Translations under genes and position numbers: made by a program
The notes under the pieces: generated by a model
Databases searched by the model: none
What the model was told of the DNA's origin: nothing
The model's input: only the letters and a program-made list of their open reading frames with translations
In this document: piece by piece, positions 45,632 to 54,496 of the stretch
How positions within the stretch are numbered: the stretch's first letter is position 1
How the letters are laid out: each line of letters starts with the position of its first letter
NCBI GenBank assembly: GCA_963775805.1
Contig: CAVZKG010000002.1
Coordinates: forward strand, 454,693-518,692
Length of the DNA stretch: 64,000 bases
Source of the DNA: an uncultured Verrucomicrobiae bacterium
GTDB taxonomy: Bacteria; Verrucomicrobiota; Verrucomicrobiia; Chthoniobacterales; JAFAMB01
Direction of reading: 5' to 3'

Positions 45632-46504
45632 ATGCCGGCTGCTCCCGAAATATCGACCGAGACAGTGACCGCGCCAGACGGTCTAAAGCTGTTTTGCCGC
45701 AAGTGGGAGGTCGTGGATCCAGACACCGCGACGGTGATTATCGTGCACGGACTCGGTGAACATTCCGGCCGTTACGTTCATGTCGGGAACTACTTGGCAA
45801 AAGCCGGATTCCGAACAATCGCATACGATCAGCGAGGTCACGGGCGGAGCGGCGGCAAGCCGGTGTACGTGAATCGGTACGACGCACTGGCGAGCGACGT
45901 CGAGTTCATCGTGAACCGATTCAGACGGGGACCGACATTCCTTTTTGGACACAGTTTTGGAGGGCAAGTGGTTCTTTGGAGCGCACAACATATTCAGCTT
46001 CGAGTGAACGGCTTGATAGTGGGCTCCCCTTGGCTTGCGCTCACTCGCAAACCAGCGAGTTGGCAGATGACGATTGCGAAGATTTTGAATGGCCCTTTTC
46101 CAGGGTTTCGCTTTCCGAACGGCATCAACTCCAAGCAGCTATCGCAGGATCAGGCTGAGTTGGATTCGCTCGACGATCTCGACCTGGTCCACCCATTCAT
46201 AGCCGTTCGCACTTACTTTCGGGCACAAGAAGCAGCAACTGCAATTCTTGGCGTCTCCTCAATGAACTATCCGATCCTCTATGCACACGGTGACGCGGAT
46301 CAGGTGATCTCCTTCGAGGTCGCTCTCGACTATTTCAAGCGGCTGCGTGCGCCCTCCAAGCAGATTATAATCTATCCCGGCATGCGTCATGAACTTCACA
46401 ACGAAACGGCGCGTCTCGAGGTGTTGGCGGATTATGTGAAATGGATGAAATCGGTTATTCGAACCGGATCCCCTGGGCGAGCGGAAGTTCCGAGCCGTAA
46501 TTGA
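45632..46504 (+). CDS. alpha/beta hydrolase (lysophospholipase/monoacylglycerol lipase-like)
   Basis: It has VHGLGEHSGRY, the nucleophile GHSFGG, and distal D and H (HGDADQV, MRHELHNE). Confidence 0.8.
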   Translation: MPAAPEISTETVTAPDGLKLFCRKWEVVDPDTATVIIVHGLGEHSGRYVHVGNYLAKAGFRTIAYDQRGHGRSGGKPVYVNRYDALASDVEFIVNRFRRGPTFLFGHSFGGQVVLWSAQHIQLRVNGLIVGSPWLALTRKPASWQMTIAKILNGPFPGFRFPNGINSKQLSQDQAELDSLDDLDLVHPFIAVRTYFRAQEAATAILGVSSMNYPILYAHGDADQVISFEVALDYFKRLRAPSKQIIIYPGMRHELHNETARLEVLADYVKWMKSVIRTGSPGRAEVPSRN

Positions 46505-48020
46505 TCGTTGCGGTTTGGCGGCGCATGTAAGCTTTCCATGCGTCACTGCCGCTTTCGCGGCCGCCACCGGTCTCTTTTTCACCGCCGAACGCTCCACCGA
46601 TTTCGGCGCCGCTTGTCCCCAGATTTACATTTGCGATTCCGCAATCGCTGCCGGCCACGGAGAGAAATCTTTCGGTTTCCCTGAGATCGGACGAAAAGAT
46701 AGCGGAACTAAGACCTTGAGGCACAGCGTTGTGCATTGCCACCGCCTCTTCAAAATCCGAATAGGTTAGTACATAGAGGATGGGCGCAAAGGTTTCCTGT
46801 TGAACGACAGGCCATTCGTTTCGCGCTTCGGCGAGACAGGGGGTAACATAAAGTCCACCCGGATATTCCGGACCTTCAAGTCTCTGGCCGCCGTAGAGGA
46901 TGCGGCCGCCGACTGATTTCAGTTCGCCAAGCGCGGCATCCATCGCGTTGACCGCTTCCTGGTCGATGAGCGGTCCCATTAATGTCCCGGGGACCAACGG
47001 GTTCCCAATCTGGACCTGGCGATAAGCCGTTTGCAGGGAATCGCCAAACTGTTGCTTCACCGATTCGTGAACGATGAGCCGGCGAGTGGTGGTACAACGT
47101 TGGCCGGCGGTTCCGACGGCGCCGAAGAGAAGCGCTCTTTTCGCGAGGTGCAGGTCTGCGGAGCCAGTGACAACCACAGCGTTGTTGCCGCCAAGTTCGA
47201 GAAGGGTGCGCCCGATGCGATTTGCGACCGATGCCGCGACGGCACGTCCCATGCGAGTGGAACCGGTGGCGGAAATTAATGGCACACGTGGATCCCCCGC
47301 AAGCCGTTGACCAATCGATGGTCCGCCGACGACCAGACTCCAGATTGCCGGATCGACACCTGCATCGCGACACACCTGCTCGGCGATCCGGGTGCACGCG
47401 ATAGCGGTCAATGGCGTCTTTTCTGACGGTTTCCATAGAGTGGCATCCCCGCAAACAATCGCCAGCGCGCTGTTCCAGGACCAAACTGCCACAGGAAAAT
47501 TGAAGGCGGTGATCATGCCGACGATGCCCAGCGGATGCCAGGTCTCGAGCATGCGATGATTGGACCGTTCGGAAGCGATTGTCAGTCCGTACAATTGACG
47601 CGAGAGGCCATGCGCGAAGTCGCAGATATCAATCATCTCTTGAACTTCGCCCTCACCTTCCGACAGGATTTTGCCCGCCTCGAGTGAGACGAGGCGGCCT
47701 AAGGGCGTCTTCAATTCGCGAAGTCGCGCGCCCAGCTTACGTACCAGTTCGCCCCGCTGCGGCGCCGGCACCGTTCGCCAGGCGAGGAACGCCCGCTGCG
47801 CATCCGCAACGACCCGATCATAATCGGCAGGTGTTGCCTGCGAGACACGGGCCAAAAGAGTCCCGTCGATCGGGGATCGCTTTTCCAGAAGGTCACCGCT
47901 CCCGAACCACTCTCCGGAAAAGACACCTCGCTCATTTTCCGTCAATCCTAACAATGGAAATATCTCGGATTTGACGGAGCTGACAGTGGAGGCCGGCACC
48001 GGTGGTGACTTGATTTCCAT
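46455..48020 (-). CDS. aldehyde dehydrogenase, ALDH7 / piperideine-6-carboxylate (alpha-aminoadipic semialdehyde) dehydrogenase type
   Basis: The start is the ATG at 48020. It has the ALDH7-like pattern GEWFGSG...VPAPQRGELVRKLG..LR....LGRLVSLEAGKILSEGEGEVQEMIDICDFAHGLSRQLYG...WHPLGIVGMITAFNFPVAVWSWN, and catalytic ELGGNN and GQRCTT. Confidence 0.85.
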   Translation of the reverse strand: MEIKSPPVPASTVSSVKSEIFPLLGLTENERGVFSGEWFGSGDLLEKRSPIDGTLLARVSQATPADYDRVVADAQRAFLAWRTVPAPQRGELVRKLGARLRELKTPLGRLVSLEAGKILSEGEGEVQEMIDICDFAHGLSRQLYGLTIASERSNHRMLETWHPLGIVGMITAFNFPVAVWSWNSALAIVCGDATLWKPSEKTPLTAIACTRIAEQVCRDAGVDPAIWSLVVGGPSIGQRLAGDPRVPLISATGSTRMGRAVAASVANRIGRTLLELGGNNAVVVTGSADLHLAKRALLFGAVGTAGQRCTTTRRLIVHESVKQQFGDSLQTAYRQVQIGNPLVPGTLMGPLIDQEAVNAMDAALGELKSVGGRILYGGQRLEGPEYPGGLYVTPCLAEARNEWPVVQQETFAPILYVLTYSDFEEAVAMHNAVPQGLSSAIFSSDLRETERFLSVAGSDCGIANVNLGTSGAEIGGAFGGEKETGGGRESGSDAWKAYMRRQTATINYGSELPLAQGIRFE

Positions 48021-48049
48021 GACGATGTAACTTCGGATGAAAGCTGTGT

Positions 48050-49162
48050 TTACGCCTGAACCGATATGCGTGGTGCGACCGTTTCCGCCTCTCGGTAGAC
48101 GCGGCCGCCCCATTGCGTGTCAAAAAACTGACCGAGCGCGATCGACTCCTGTTTCCCGAACCCACTCGGTAAAAGCCCTCGTGCAAACAACTCAAGCACT
48201 GCAACCACCCCTGCGGCGGTCGAGAGTTGGAGAGCTGAGAGCGGGCGTCCGCTGACCGTACCGGCATAGATTTTCTTCACGAAACTCCTCTGGATGAGGC
48301 CCGCTTCCTCGTTCCCGACGCTATTAACGTAGACGACAACTACATCACTGAAAGTGAGTGGTACTTCCTGGTCGAATATCTGAGTTAGCAGGTCTTGTTT
48401 TTGGCTAAGGTTCAGATCGTTTAACAGAAACTTCATCAGGTCGCGATGCCCGGGGTATCGAAGTGTTTTATAATTCAGTTCGCCAATGCGCCCCTCAAAT
48501 GTCTCACACATGGTCGCCACTCCGCCGGACGTGTTGAAGGCTTCATATTCGACACCGTCTATCGTTAAATGCTCCACGCCATCCAATGGCAAAGTTGGAA
48601 TTCGGCGCCCCTGGTAGAGCGCTTCACCGCAATGGCAATACTCATTGATGAGGCCGGCTGTGCTCCAGCTCAGGTAGTATTTCATCTGGTTGCTCGCCGA
48701 GAGAGGGAGTGCGCCAACGCGCATTTCAACCGATCGAACGATCTTGAAAGAATCCGCAAGGCCGCTGGCAATGATGTTAATCGCGCCAGGTGCCAAGCCA
48801 CACTGAGGCATGAATGTCGCAGGCGAATTCCGTGCGAGGTCTCGGACAAAATTTGCGGTCTCAACATCCTCGGTCAGATCGAAGTAGGACTTTTCGAAGT
48901 CGGCACACGCTTTTGCGATCGTCTTATTCAGGTAATAAGGGGCCGCGCTGATGATTGCATCGCAAGCACGGACGAAGCCGTGCAGCCCTGACTCGGAATG
49001 GACATCGAGCTTGTGAAAGTGTCCCTTGCGCAGCCCATCAAGATTTTCCCGCGGAACGATATCGCCGAGCAGCGTTGACTCAACGAAACGTGTTGTGTCC
49101 AGGAGTGCGGCAATGGCCACCCCAACCTTTCCCGCCCCGATTATTCCGACTTTAATCGCCAT
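48050..49162 (-). CDS. saccharopine dehydrogenase family protein (L-lysine 6-dehydrogenase-like)
   Basis: It has MAIKVGIIGAGKVGVAIAALL (Rossmann) in 370 aa. Its size and its adjacency to the ALDH7-type gene fit LysDH. Substrate assignment is inference. Confidence 0.7.
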   Translation of the reverse strand: MAIKVGIIGAGKVGVAIAALLDTTRFVESTLLGDIVPRENLDGLRKGHFHKLDVHSESGLHGFVRACDAIISAAPYYLNKTIAKACADFEKSYFDLTEDVETANFVRDLARNSPATFMPQCGLAPGAINIIASGLADSFKIVRSVEMRVGALPLSASNQMKYYLSWSTAGLINEYCHCGEALYQGRRIPTLPLDGVEHLTIDGVEYEAFNTSGGVATMCETFEGRIGELNYKTLRYPGHRDLMKFLLNDLNLSQKQDLLTQIFDQEVPLTFSDVVVVYVNSVGNEEAGLIQRSFVKKIYAGTVSGRPLSALQLSTAAGVVAVLELFARGLLPSGFGKQESIALGQFFDTQWGGRVYREAETVAPRISVQA

Positions 49163-49243
49163 TGCTCTTTAGATCCGATTTTCCTCTCTGAAATCCCGAG
49201 CCGCTCTCTGTGCGACCAAAAAATCTCAGACTGTTATAGGTGG

Positions 49244-50683
49244 TTAGTGTTCCGCGTTGGCCAGAGACTTCTCCACCGGCCTCTTCTCGACGGCCACAGA
49301 CGCCTGAAGGGCTCTCGGATCCGTCGCCTCAATAATTACACTGACGGACTTTTGGTTAAATCCTTTAAAGCCGCCTTTGCGTTGAAGGTTTTCCAGATGG
49401 CTGCCAATTGCGCCGTTTTGGATGAACCCTGCCGCCTGCTCCTCTGTTATCAGGTTCCTGGACACCAAGGATTGAACTCTTGCCGGGTATACGGTCCATC
49501 GCTCTCCTTCGGTAAACGCCTGTTTCAGAAACGCGAAATCCGAAAACGGTTTCATCGTTGTCACCCCTTCGGAAGCCAACTGGTCGCGTAGCAGCGAAAA
49601 ATCGAATCGTGCTTCCAGGTGATGCATGCCTGCCTGCAACAGACTGTCACCGTGAAGTCCGCACCAGAGCCCTACAGTGGATAGCCGTGGCGCCTCTGGC
49701 AATCTTTCGATCGAAAAATCGATGGTTTTTTCCTCCGGCATGAGGTCGACATCCGCAAATACAGTGATTCCCGTAACGTAGTGCTCAAGAATCTGGGCAC
49801 CCCATCCGGCTTGGTCGCCCGCATAATAGCGTTCCCGTTTTGTGAATCCGAACCGGAGCAGGAACGTGACAAGATCTGCAAATAACCGGCGTGAGCAGCG
49901 GAACGTGTGGTGATCATGGTTGCTCCATCCGAGTCCAAGGAGATCCTGGCGCCGTTTTTGGATCTGGCCCGCCCGGTTGCGCATTTCCCAGAAGGCTCTT
50001 TCTTCCGCGAAAAACAGTTCACAGGCGACGTCCGCGCCTACCGTCGCAATTGTCTCGCGCTGGATATCGAGCAGATGGGCGATGCCTTCAGCGTCATCGG
50101 CAAAATCTCTTTTCCGGCTCCGCCATAGCTCCCGGGTCTTAAGGGCCGCGCAGGACCGATCCGTTGTGACTTTGCAGGGCGTGAAGCCGCGGTACCCCAG
50201 CCGTTCCAATGCGAAAAATCGATGGTTTCGTTCAGTGGAGACGGCAACCGATCTCAACCCAGCTCCGTACTCCCCTTCGATCTCAGCATCGAGGTTGTGG
50301 CGTGCGACAAAGTCGACAATTGACTCGACCTTGATTGCAAGAGTTGCGGGGACACCTTCCTCGCTTCCGCCGGGACGGACCAGAACTCGAGGCATCATCG
50401 CTTGAGGATGATAGTAAACCTCGGTACCGGCCGGAGCTTCTACCGACTCGCGCACAAGTCCGGCAGCAACCAGCTCTTCGACCTGTTCAGCGTCGATCGA
50501 GAAGTTGTCGACCCATTCAAAAAAGTCGGTTCCAGTCCGTTCGCGCATCTGGTTGGCCAGGTGATTTGCGAACGGATTCTGGTTGAGAAAAGCGTTTACA
50601 AACCGGCGCAATAGCGCCTCGGTTTGGTATGCCAGTGGCCAGTCAAATTCAGTTGGTTGTGGCGTCGTCAGCTGCGAGTTCAT
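49244..50683 (-). CDS. conserved hypothetical protein, possibly a distant DUF1338/HglS-like (VOC-fold) enzyme
   Basis: It is a 479-aa uninterrupted ORF co-oriented with the LysDH-like and ALDH7-like genes. The segments WSNHDHHTFRCS and GSHLENLQRKGGF loosely resemble the NHLTPR and GEIEQRG metal-site regions of DUF1338 enzymes, from memory. Overall similarity could not be verified. Confidence 0.55.
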   Translation of the reverse strand: MNSQLTTPQPTEFDWPLAYQTEALLRRFVNAFLNQNPFANHLANQMRERTGTDFFEWVDNFSIDAEQVEELVAAGLVRESVEAPAGTEVYYHPQAMMPRVLVRPGGSEEGVPATLAIKVESIVDFVARHNLDAEIEGEYGAGLRSVAVSTERNHRFFALERLGYRGFTPCKVTTDRSCAALKTRELWRSRKRDFADDAEGIAHLLDIQRETIATVGADVACELFFAEERAFWEMRNRAGQIQKRRQDLLGLGWSNHDHHTFRCSRRLFADLVTFLLRFGFTKRERYYAGDQAGWGAQILEHYVTGITVFADVDLMPEEKTIDFSIERLPEAPRLSTVGLWCGLHGDSLLQAGMHHLEARFDFSLLRDQLASEGVTTMKPFSDFAFLKQAFTEGERWTVYPARVQSLVSRNLITEEQAAGFIQNGAIGSHLENLQRKGGFKGFNQKSVSVIIEATDPRALQASVAVEKRPVEKSLANAEH

Positions 50684-50798
50684 CAGTCCCCTTCGGTCGT
50701 TGACACAATCTAGGCCTGGAGCAGTGTCGATTCACACAATATTCATCCCGTGCGGCCGAGGTCGGATAGGGGTTTCATTCCCGGAGAGGGGGTTCGCC

Positions 50799-50923
50799 AC
50801 GGAGGAGGACACAGAGGAACGAAGGAGTGCACAGAGATCTGGATTAACCACAAGGCGCAGAGGACACAGAGGTTCGGATTTTTGAGATGTCAATGTCCGG
50901 ACTGAGGCGATCTCGCGTTGAAC
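50799..50923 (+). repeat. dispersed repeat, copy 2 of the 35909-36014 family
   Basis: The sequence is acggaggaggacacagaggaac[insertion]ggattaaccacaaggcgcagaggacacagaggttcggatttttgag...ccggactgaggcgatctcgcgttgaac. Confidence 0.7.
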
Positions 50924-50958
50924 ACGCTGCAAGGACGTGGACGCGAGGAAAACGCCTT

Positions 50959-50986
50959 AAACTTCGAACTTCGAACGCCGAACGGC
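50959..50986 (+). repeat. short heptamer array (aaacttc gaacttc gaacgcc gaacggc)
   Basis: It has the same units and the same block order as the array at 15465-15540. Confidence 0.75.
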
Positions 50987-51060
50987 GGGAAAACACACTA
51001 AACCCTACAGACAAGTAGAGTTTAGTTGCGTCCTGCGAATGATTGCGTAGTTTTGCGATT

Positions 51061-51918
51061 ATGTCCTCCACCGAATACGCTCATCCTGAAGCATTGGTCA
51101 GCACGGAGTGGGTTGCCGAGCACCTGAAAGATCCGAAGGTGCGGATTATCGAGAGCAACGAAGACGTGCTTCTGTACGATACCGGTCACATTCCTGAAGC
51201 TGTCCATGTTGATTGGCGGCGCGATCTGAATGACCAGACCGTGCGCGATTACCTCGATCCAAAAGGGTTTGCGGAATTGGCAAGCCGGATCGGAATCACA
51301 CCCGAAACCACCGTCGTTTTTTATGGCGACAAATCAAACTGGTGGGCCACCTATGCGCTCTGGGTATTTTCCCTTTTCGGCCACAAAGATCTGCGGATCG
51401 TGAATGGCGGCCGCGACAAATGGATCGCAGAAAAGCGAGAACTAACGCGGGAAATACCAAAATTTACTGCGACCAGCTATCCAGTTCCATCAGAACGTGC
51501 GGACGCCAAAATCCGGGCGTACTTCGATGAGACTTTGGAGCACAGTAAGGCAGGCAAGCCGTTGATCGATGTCCGGTCCCCAGGCGAATTTAAAGGTGAA
51601 GTCACCCATATGCCGGAGTATCCCCAAGAAGGAGTTCTGCGTGGCGGGCATGTTCCAACGGCAAAAAGTGTTCCGTGGAAGACAGCCGCAAAAGAAGATG
51701 GAACTTTCAAGTCGGTCGAGGAACTCAGGAAGATCTATGTGGATAACCTCGGGTTTGAACCCTCCGAAAAAACGGTTGTGTACTGCCGGATTGGTGAACG
51801 TTCCAGTCACACCTGGTTTGTCCTGACGAAGCTTTTGGGATTCGGTAACGTAAAGAATTACGACGGATCCTGGACGGAGTGGGGCAACAAGGTTCGGGCT
51901 CCTATCGAAAAGCCGTAA
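51061..51918 (+). CDS. thiosulfate/3-mercaptopyruvate sulfurtransferase (tandem rhodanese domains)
   Basis: The start is the ATG at 51061. It has two rhodanese domains and the active-site loop [15 protein letters not shown] (CRxGx[R/T] type). Confidence 0.9.
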   Translation: MSSTEYAHPEALVSTEWVAEHLKDPKVRIIESNEDVLLYDTGHIPEAVHVDWRRDLNDQTVRDYLDPKGFAELASRIGITPETTVVFYGDKSNWWATYALWVFSLFGHKDLRIVNGGRDKWIAEKRELTREIPKFTATSYPVPSERADAKIRAYFDETLEHSKAGKPLIDVRSPGEFKGEVTHMPEYPQEGVLRGGHVPTAKSVPWKTAAKEDGTFKSVEELRKIYVDNLGFEPSEKTVVYCRIGERSSHTWFVLTKLLGFGNVKNYDGSWTEWGNKVRAPIEKP

Positions 51919-51921
51919 CCC

Positions 51922-51955
51922 GCATTTTTCATAGAAAATGCGGCCGGAGGGCCGC
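51922..51955 (+). terminator. two adjacent hairpins after the sulfurtransferase gene
   Basis: The first is gcatttttcatagaaaatgc (51922-51941, 7-8 bp stem). The second is gcggccggagggccgc (51940-51955, 6-bp GC stem). No clear U-tract follows. Confidence 0.35.
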
Positions 51956-52044
51956 AACCGCCGTTCTGCCAGAGCCAGAACAGCTCTTCGGGGTTAGCCC
52001 GGTATACAATAGCCAGGCTGAATTTTCTCCGTTGTAACAAGCGT

Positions 52045-52078
52045 CAGCCGGCAGAAGCTTGATTGCATCTGCCGGCTG
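52045..52078 (+). other. strong hairpin (11-bp perfect stem) in the leader of the SufE-like gene
   Basis: cagccggcaga (52045-52055), a 12-nt loop, tctgccggctg (52068-52078). It lies 57 nt upstream of the ATG at 52135. Confidence 0.5.
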
Positions 52079-52134
52079 CTTGTATTGTGGGGTCTTGTCC
52101 CTGGGGATAGGACACCAGGGGCTATCGAACCGAC

Positions 52135-52626
52135 ATGGAAAACGAGAATCTCGCGGGCGAACATCAACCGGCATACCCGAAAGGGCTGCAAAAGATAATC
52201 AATCTCTTCGAGTCGCTTCCGGAACAGGAAAAGCGGGATGCGCTCATTTCGTACGCGGATCAAGCAAAGAAATGGGAACCGAAAGCAGGGGAGACATTTG
52301 ATCTCGAGGATATCCGCAAAGACGAAGAGTGCACCGACACTGTCGGGGTTTTTCTCAAGGTGGATAACGAGAATCGCGCGGCGTTTCGAGTGACACTGGG
52401 ACCTCAGGTTCAGACCTTGACTCGCGCGATGACCTCGATTCTTTGCCGTGGACTGGCTGAGGCGACGGTGAAGGAGGTTCTGGAAGTGCCAAGCGACTTT
52501 GTGCCGAAAATTGTGGGTGGAGAACTGATACGAGCCCGGAGTCAGACTGTGTACTATGTGCTGACCAGGATGAAAGGGATTAGCAAGGTCTATCTCGACC
52601 GGCGTCGTGCAGCGATGGCCGGTTAG
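52135..52626 (+). CDS. SufE-like sulfur acceptor protein (divergent)
   Basis: It is 163 aa. It has the pattern L..II.LFESLP.QEKRDALISYA and a single candidate acceptor Cys in DEECTDTVGVFL (at the GCQS.VW position of SufE). The C-terminal SQTVYYVLTRMK resembles the SRxNG region. It lies next to the rhodanese gene. Confidence 0.5.
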   Translation: MENENLAGEHQPAYPKGLQKIINLFESLPEQEKRDALISYADQAKKWEPKAGETFDLEDIRKDEECTDTVGVFLKVDNENRAAFRVTLGPQVQTLTRAMTSILCRGLAEATVKEVLEVPSDFVPKIVGGELIRARSQTVYYVLTRMKGISKVYLDRRRAAMAG

Positions 52627-52700
52627 CTCTAAACCTCCGCAAATAGCATCAGCTGCGAGATTTACGGACTAATATCTGTTCGCAAAAAACCTCTTAAAAC

Positions 52701-53195
52701 GTGAAATCATACGCCGGCTATCCCGTTTTCGCAGTCGCTGGAAAGCTTCCTCATGCGCATCGGTTTCTGGTGCTGATTTCTCTTTTCTTAATCCAGGGTT
52801 GCTATCAGGCGCCAAAACCTTGCCAGAATTTGACGACATCCGAGGATGTCTCGCCGAACGGTCAATTGAAGGCGGTTGCCTTCCGGCGCGTCTGTCCCGA
52901 AGAACACTCGATCACCACTCATGTATCGATCGTCCGTGTCGGTGAAACGCTCCCGGACGGGAACGGAAATGTCTTCGCTTACGACAACGAAATCGCGGTT
53001 CGAGCTGTTTGGCTGAACAACAACCGATTGGCCATTTACACGTACGCGGATCCGTTGAAAGGGACACGCCTGAACCAAGTCGGCAACGTTTCAGTGGAGT
53101 ATTCAAAAGTTGTGGAAACCTACCTAGTCACTCCAATCCCTTCGCCAAATGAGCCGGCCCTGACGCCTGCAGATACCCCAAGCGCGAATAGGTAG
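52701..53195 (+). CDS. hypothetical lipoprotein
   Basis: It has a GTG start and a lipobox LFLIQGC after a hydrophobic helix. No family was recognised. Confidence 0.5.
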   Translation: MKSYAGYPVFAVAGKLPHAHRFLVLISLFLIQGCYQAPKPCQNLTTSEDVSPNGQLKAVAFRRVCPEEHSITTHVSIVRVGETLPDGNGNVFAYDNEIAVRAVWLNNNRLAIYTYADPLKGTRLNQVGNVSVEYSKVVETYLVTPIPSPNEPALTPADTPSANR

Positions 53196-53342
53196 CTTTC
53201 AGTTGTCGGTTGTCAGTGTCAGTTGTCGGTTCTGCTGAGATTTCCCTCGAGGAAGCAGACCACTTCTTCCCTGCCAACTTGCGACTTCCTGGCTCCTATT
53301 TCTTTTCTTCACTGGCAAGTGACCACTGATACTGACGACTCC

Positions 53343-54086
53343 TCAATACTTCACTTTGACAAGATAGAGTCCTTCTGCCGGGGCGGTGCAGTTTGTCTTC
53401 TGGATGCCGGGCGAGTCGAGAAGGGCGGATAACCAGCTCAGTTCCGCTCGACCCGTAGCAACGCGAACGACTGATCCCGTGAGCATTCGGACCATGCGAT
53501 ACAGAAATCCATTTCCATCGAATTCGAGTGTGACGAGTTCTCTTCGGCGCTTGATGCGGATCCGATAAAGTGTGCGAGTCGTAGGCTCATTCGCTTTACC
53601 GCGGTTTGCCGCGAACGACGCAAAATCGTGTGTTCCGGTCAGGAGATCGCATCCGGCATGCATCAAATCGGGATCGAGAGGCTGAGGCACGTGCCACGAT
53701 CGACCTATCTCCATTGGATCAAAAATTTGCGCGTTCCAGATTCGATAGCGATAAACCTTTCCCGCTGCCGAGAATTGGGCGTGGAATTGAGGGCCAATCG
53801 ATTGGCAGCGAACAATACGGATCTCAGGTGGAAGGCGGAAATTCACCGCGGCCATCCATGTCTTGGGGATCATTTTGTTCGTTGGCACATCGACGTGAGC
53901 CACCTGCGCGGTTGCGTGGACACCGGCATCGGTGCGCCCCGCTCCATGGAGCTTCACGGGAGCCGCTAGGATCTCAAAAAAGGCGTATTTAAGGTGATCT
54001 TGAACGCCGTTCTTGTTTGGTTGGCTCTGCCACCCGCTAAATGGTCGGCCGTCGTAGGCGACGGTCAGTTTCAAGCGCTGGCCCAC
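53343..54086 (-). CDS. truA: tRNA pseudouridine(38-40) synthase TruA
   Basis: MGQRLKLTVAYDGRPFSGWQSQ and the catalytic GAGRTDAGVHA motif are present. Confidence 0.9.
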   Translation of the reverse strand: MGQRLKLTVAYDGRPFSGWQSQPNKNGVQDHLKYAFFEILAAPVKLHGAGRTDAGVHATAQVAHVDVPTNKMIPKTWMAAVNFRLPPEIRIVRCQSIGPQFHAQFSAAGKVYRYRIWNAQIFDPMEIGRSWHVPQPLDPDLMHAGCDLLTGTHDFASFAANRGKANEPTTRTLYRIRIKRRRELVTLEFDGNGFLYRMVRMLTGSVVRVATGRAELSWLSALLDSPGIQKTNCTAPAEGLYLVKVKY

Positions 54087-54496
54087 TGGAGGGAATCGAG
54101 GTAGCTTTGCAACAGAATTTGCGCAGCCACCTGGTCGATCATTTTTTTGCTCTGTTTCGCATTCTTGCCTGCGGAGTGCAGGGCGCGTTGCGCTTCTCGG
54201 GTCGTCAACCGTTCGTCCCAGAAAACGATTTTTATCTCTGGCACTAGCTCGCCGAGCTTTCGTCCGAATGATTTCGCCGCTTCCGCCGACGGGCCCAACG
54301 ATCCGTCCATATTCTTGGGCAACCCGATCACGATCCCGCCGATCCGTTCCTGCTGGAGTATCGTCTGGATTTCAACCGTCACGTTTCCGCCGGCCTGCAG
54401 GGTTCGATAAGGATGCGCGAATGATCCAAGCTCGTCGGAGACCGCGAGACCAATTCGGCTATTCCCATGGTCGATGCCTAGCCAGCGAGTTTTCAT
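54071..54496 (-). CDS. ruvX: Holliday junction resolvase-like RuvX (YqgF)
   Basis: It has WLGIDHGNSRIGLAVSD and VIGLPKNMDGS...DERLTT in 141 aa. Confidence 0.9.
   Translation of the reverse strand: MKTRWLGIDHGNSRIGLAVSDELGSFAHPYRTLQAGGNVTVEIQTILQQERIGGIVIGLPKNMDGSLGPSAEAAKSFGRKLGELVPEIKIVFWDERLTTREAQRALHSAGKNAKQSKKMIDQVAAQILLQSYLDSLQWASA

Noticed and set aside
46455-46504. 50-nt overlap between the 3' ends of the convergent hydrolase and ALDH7 genes
   Set aside because: Both reading frames are well supported up to their stops. A convergent 3' overlap is plausible, so it was not treated as an annotation error or as a finding.
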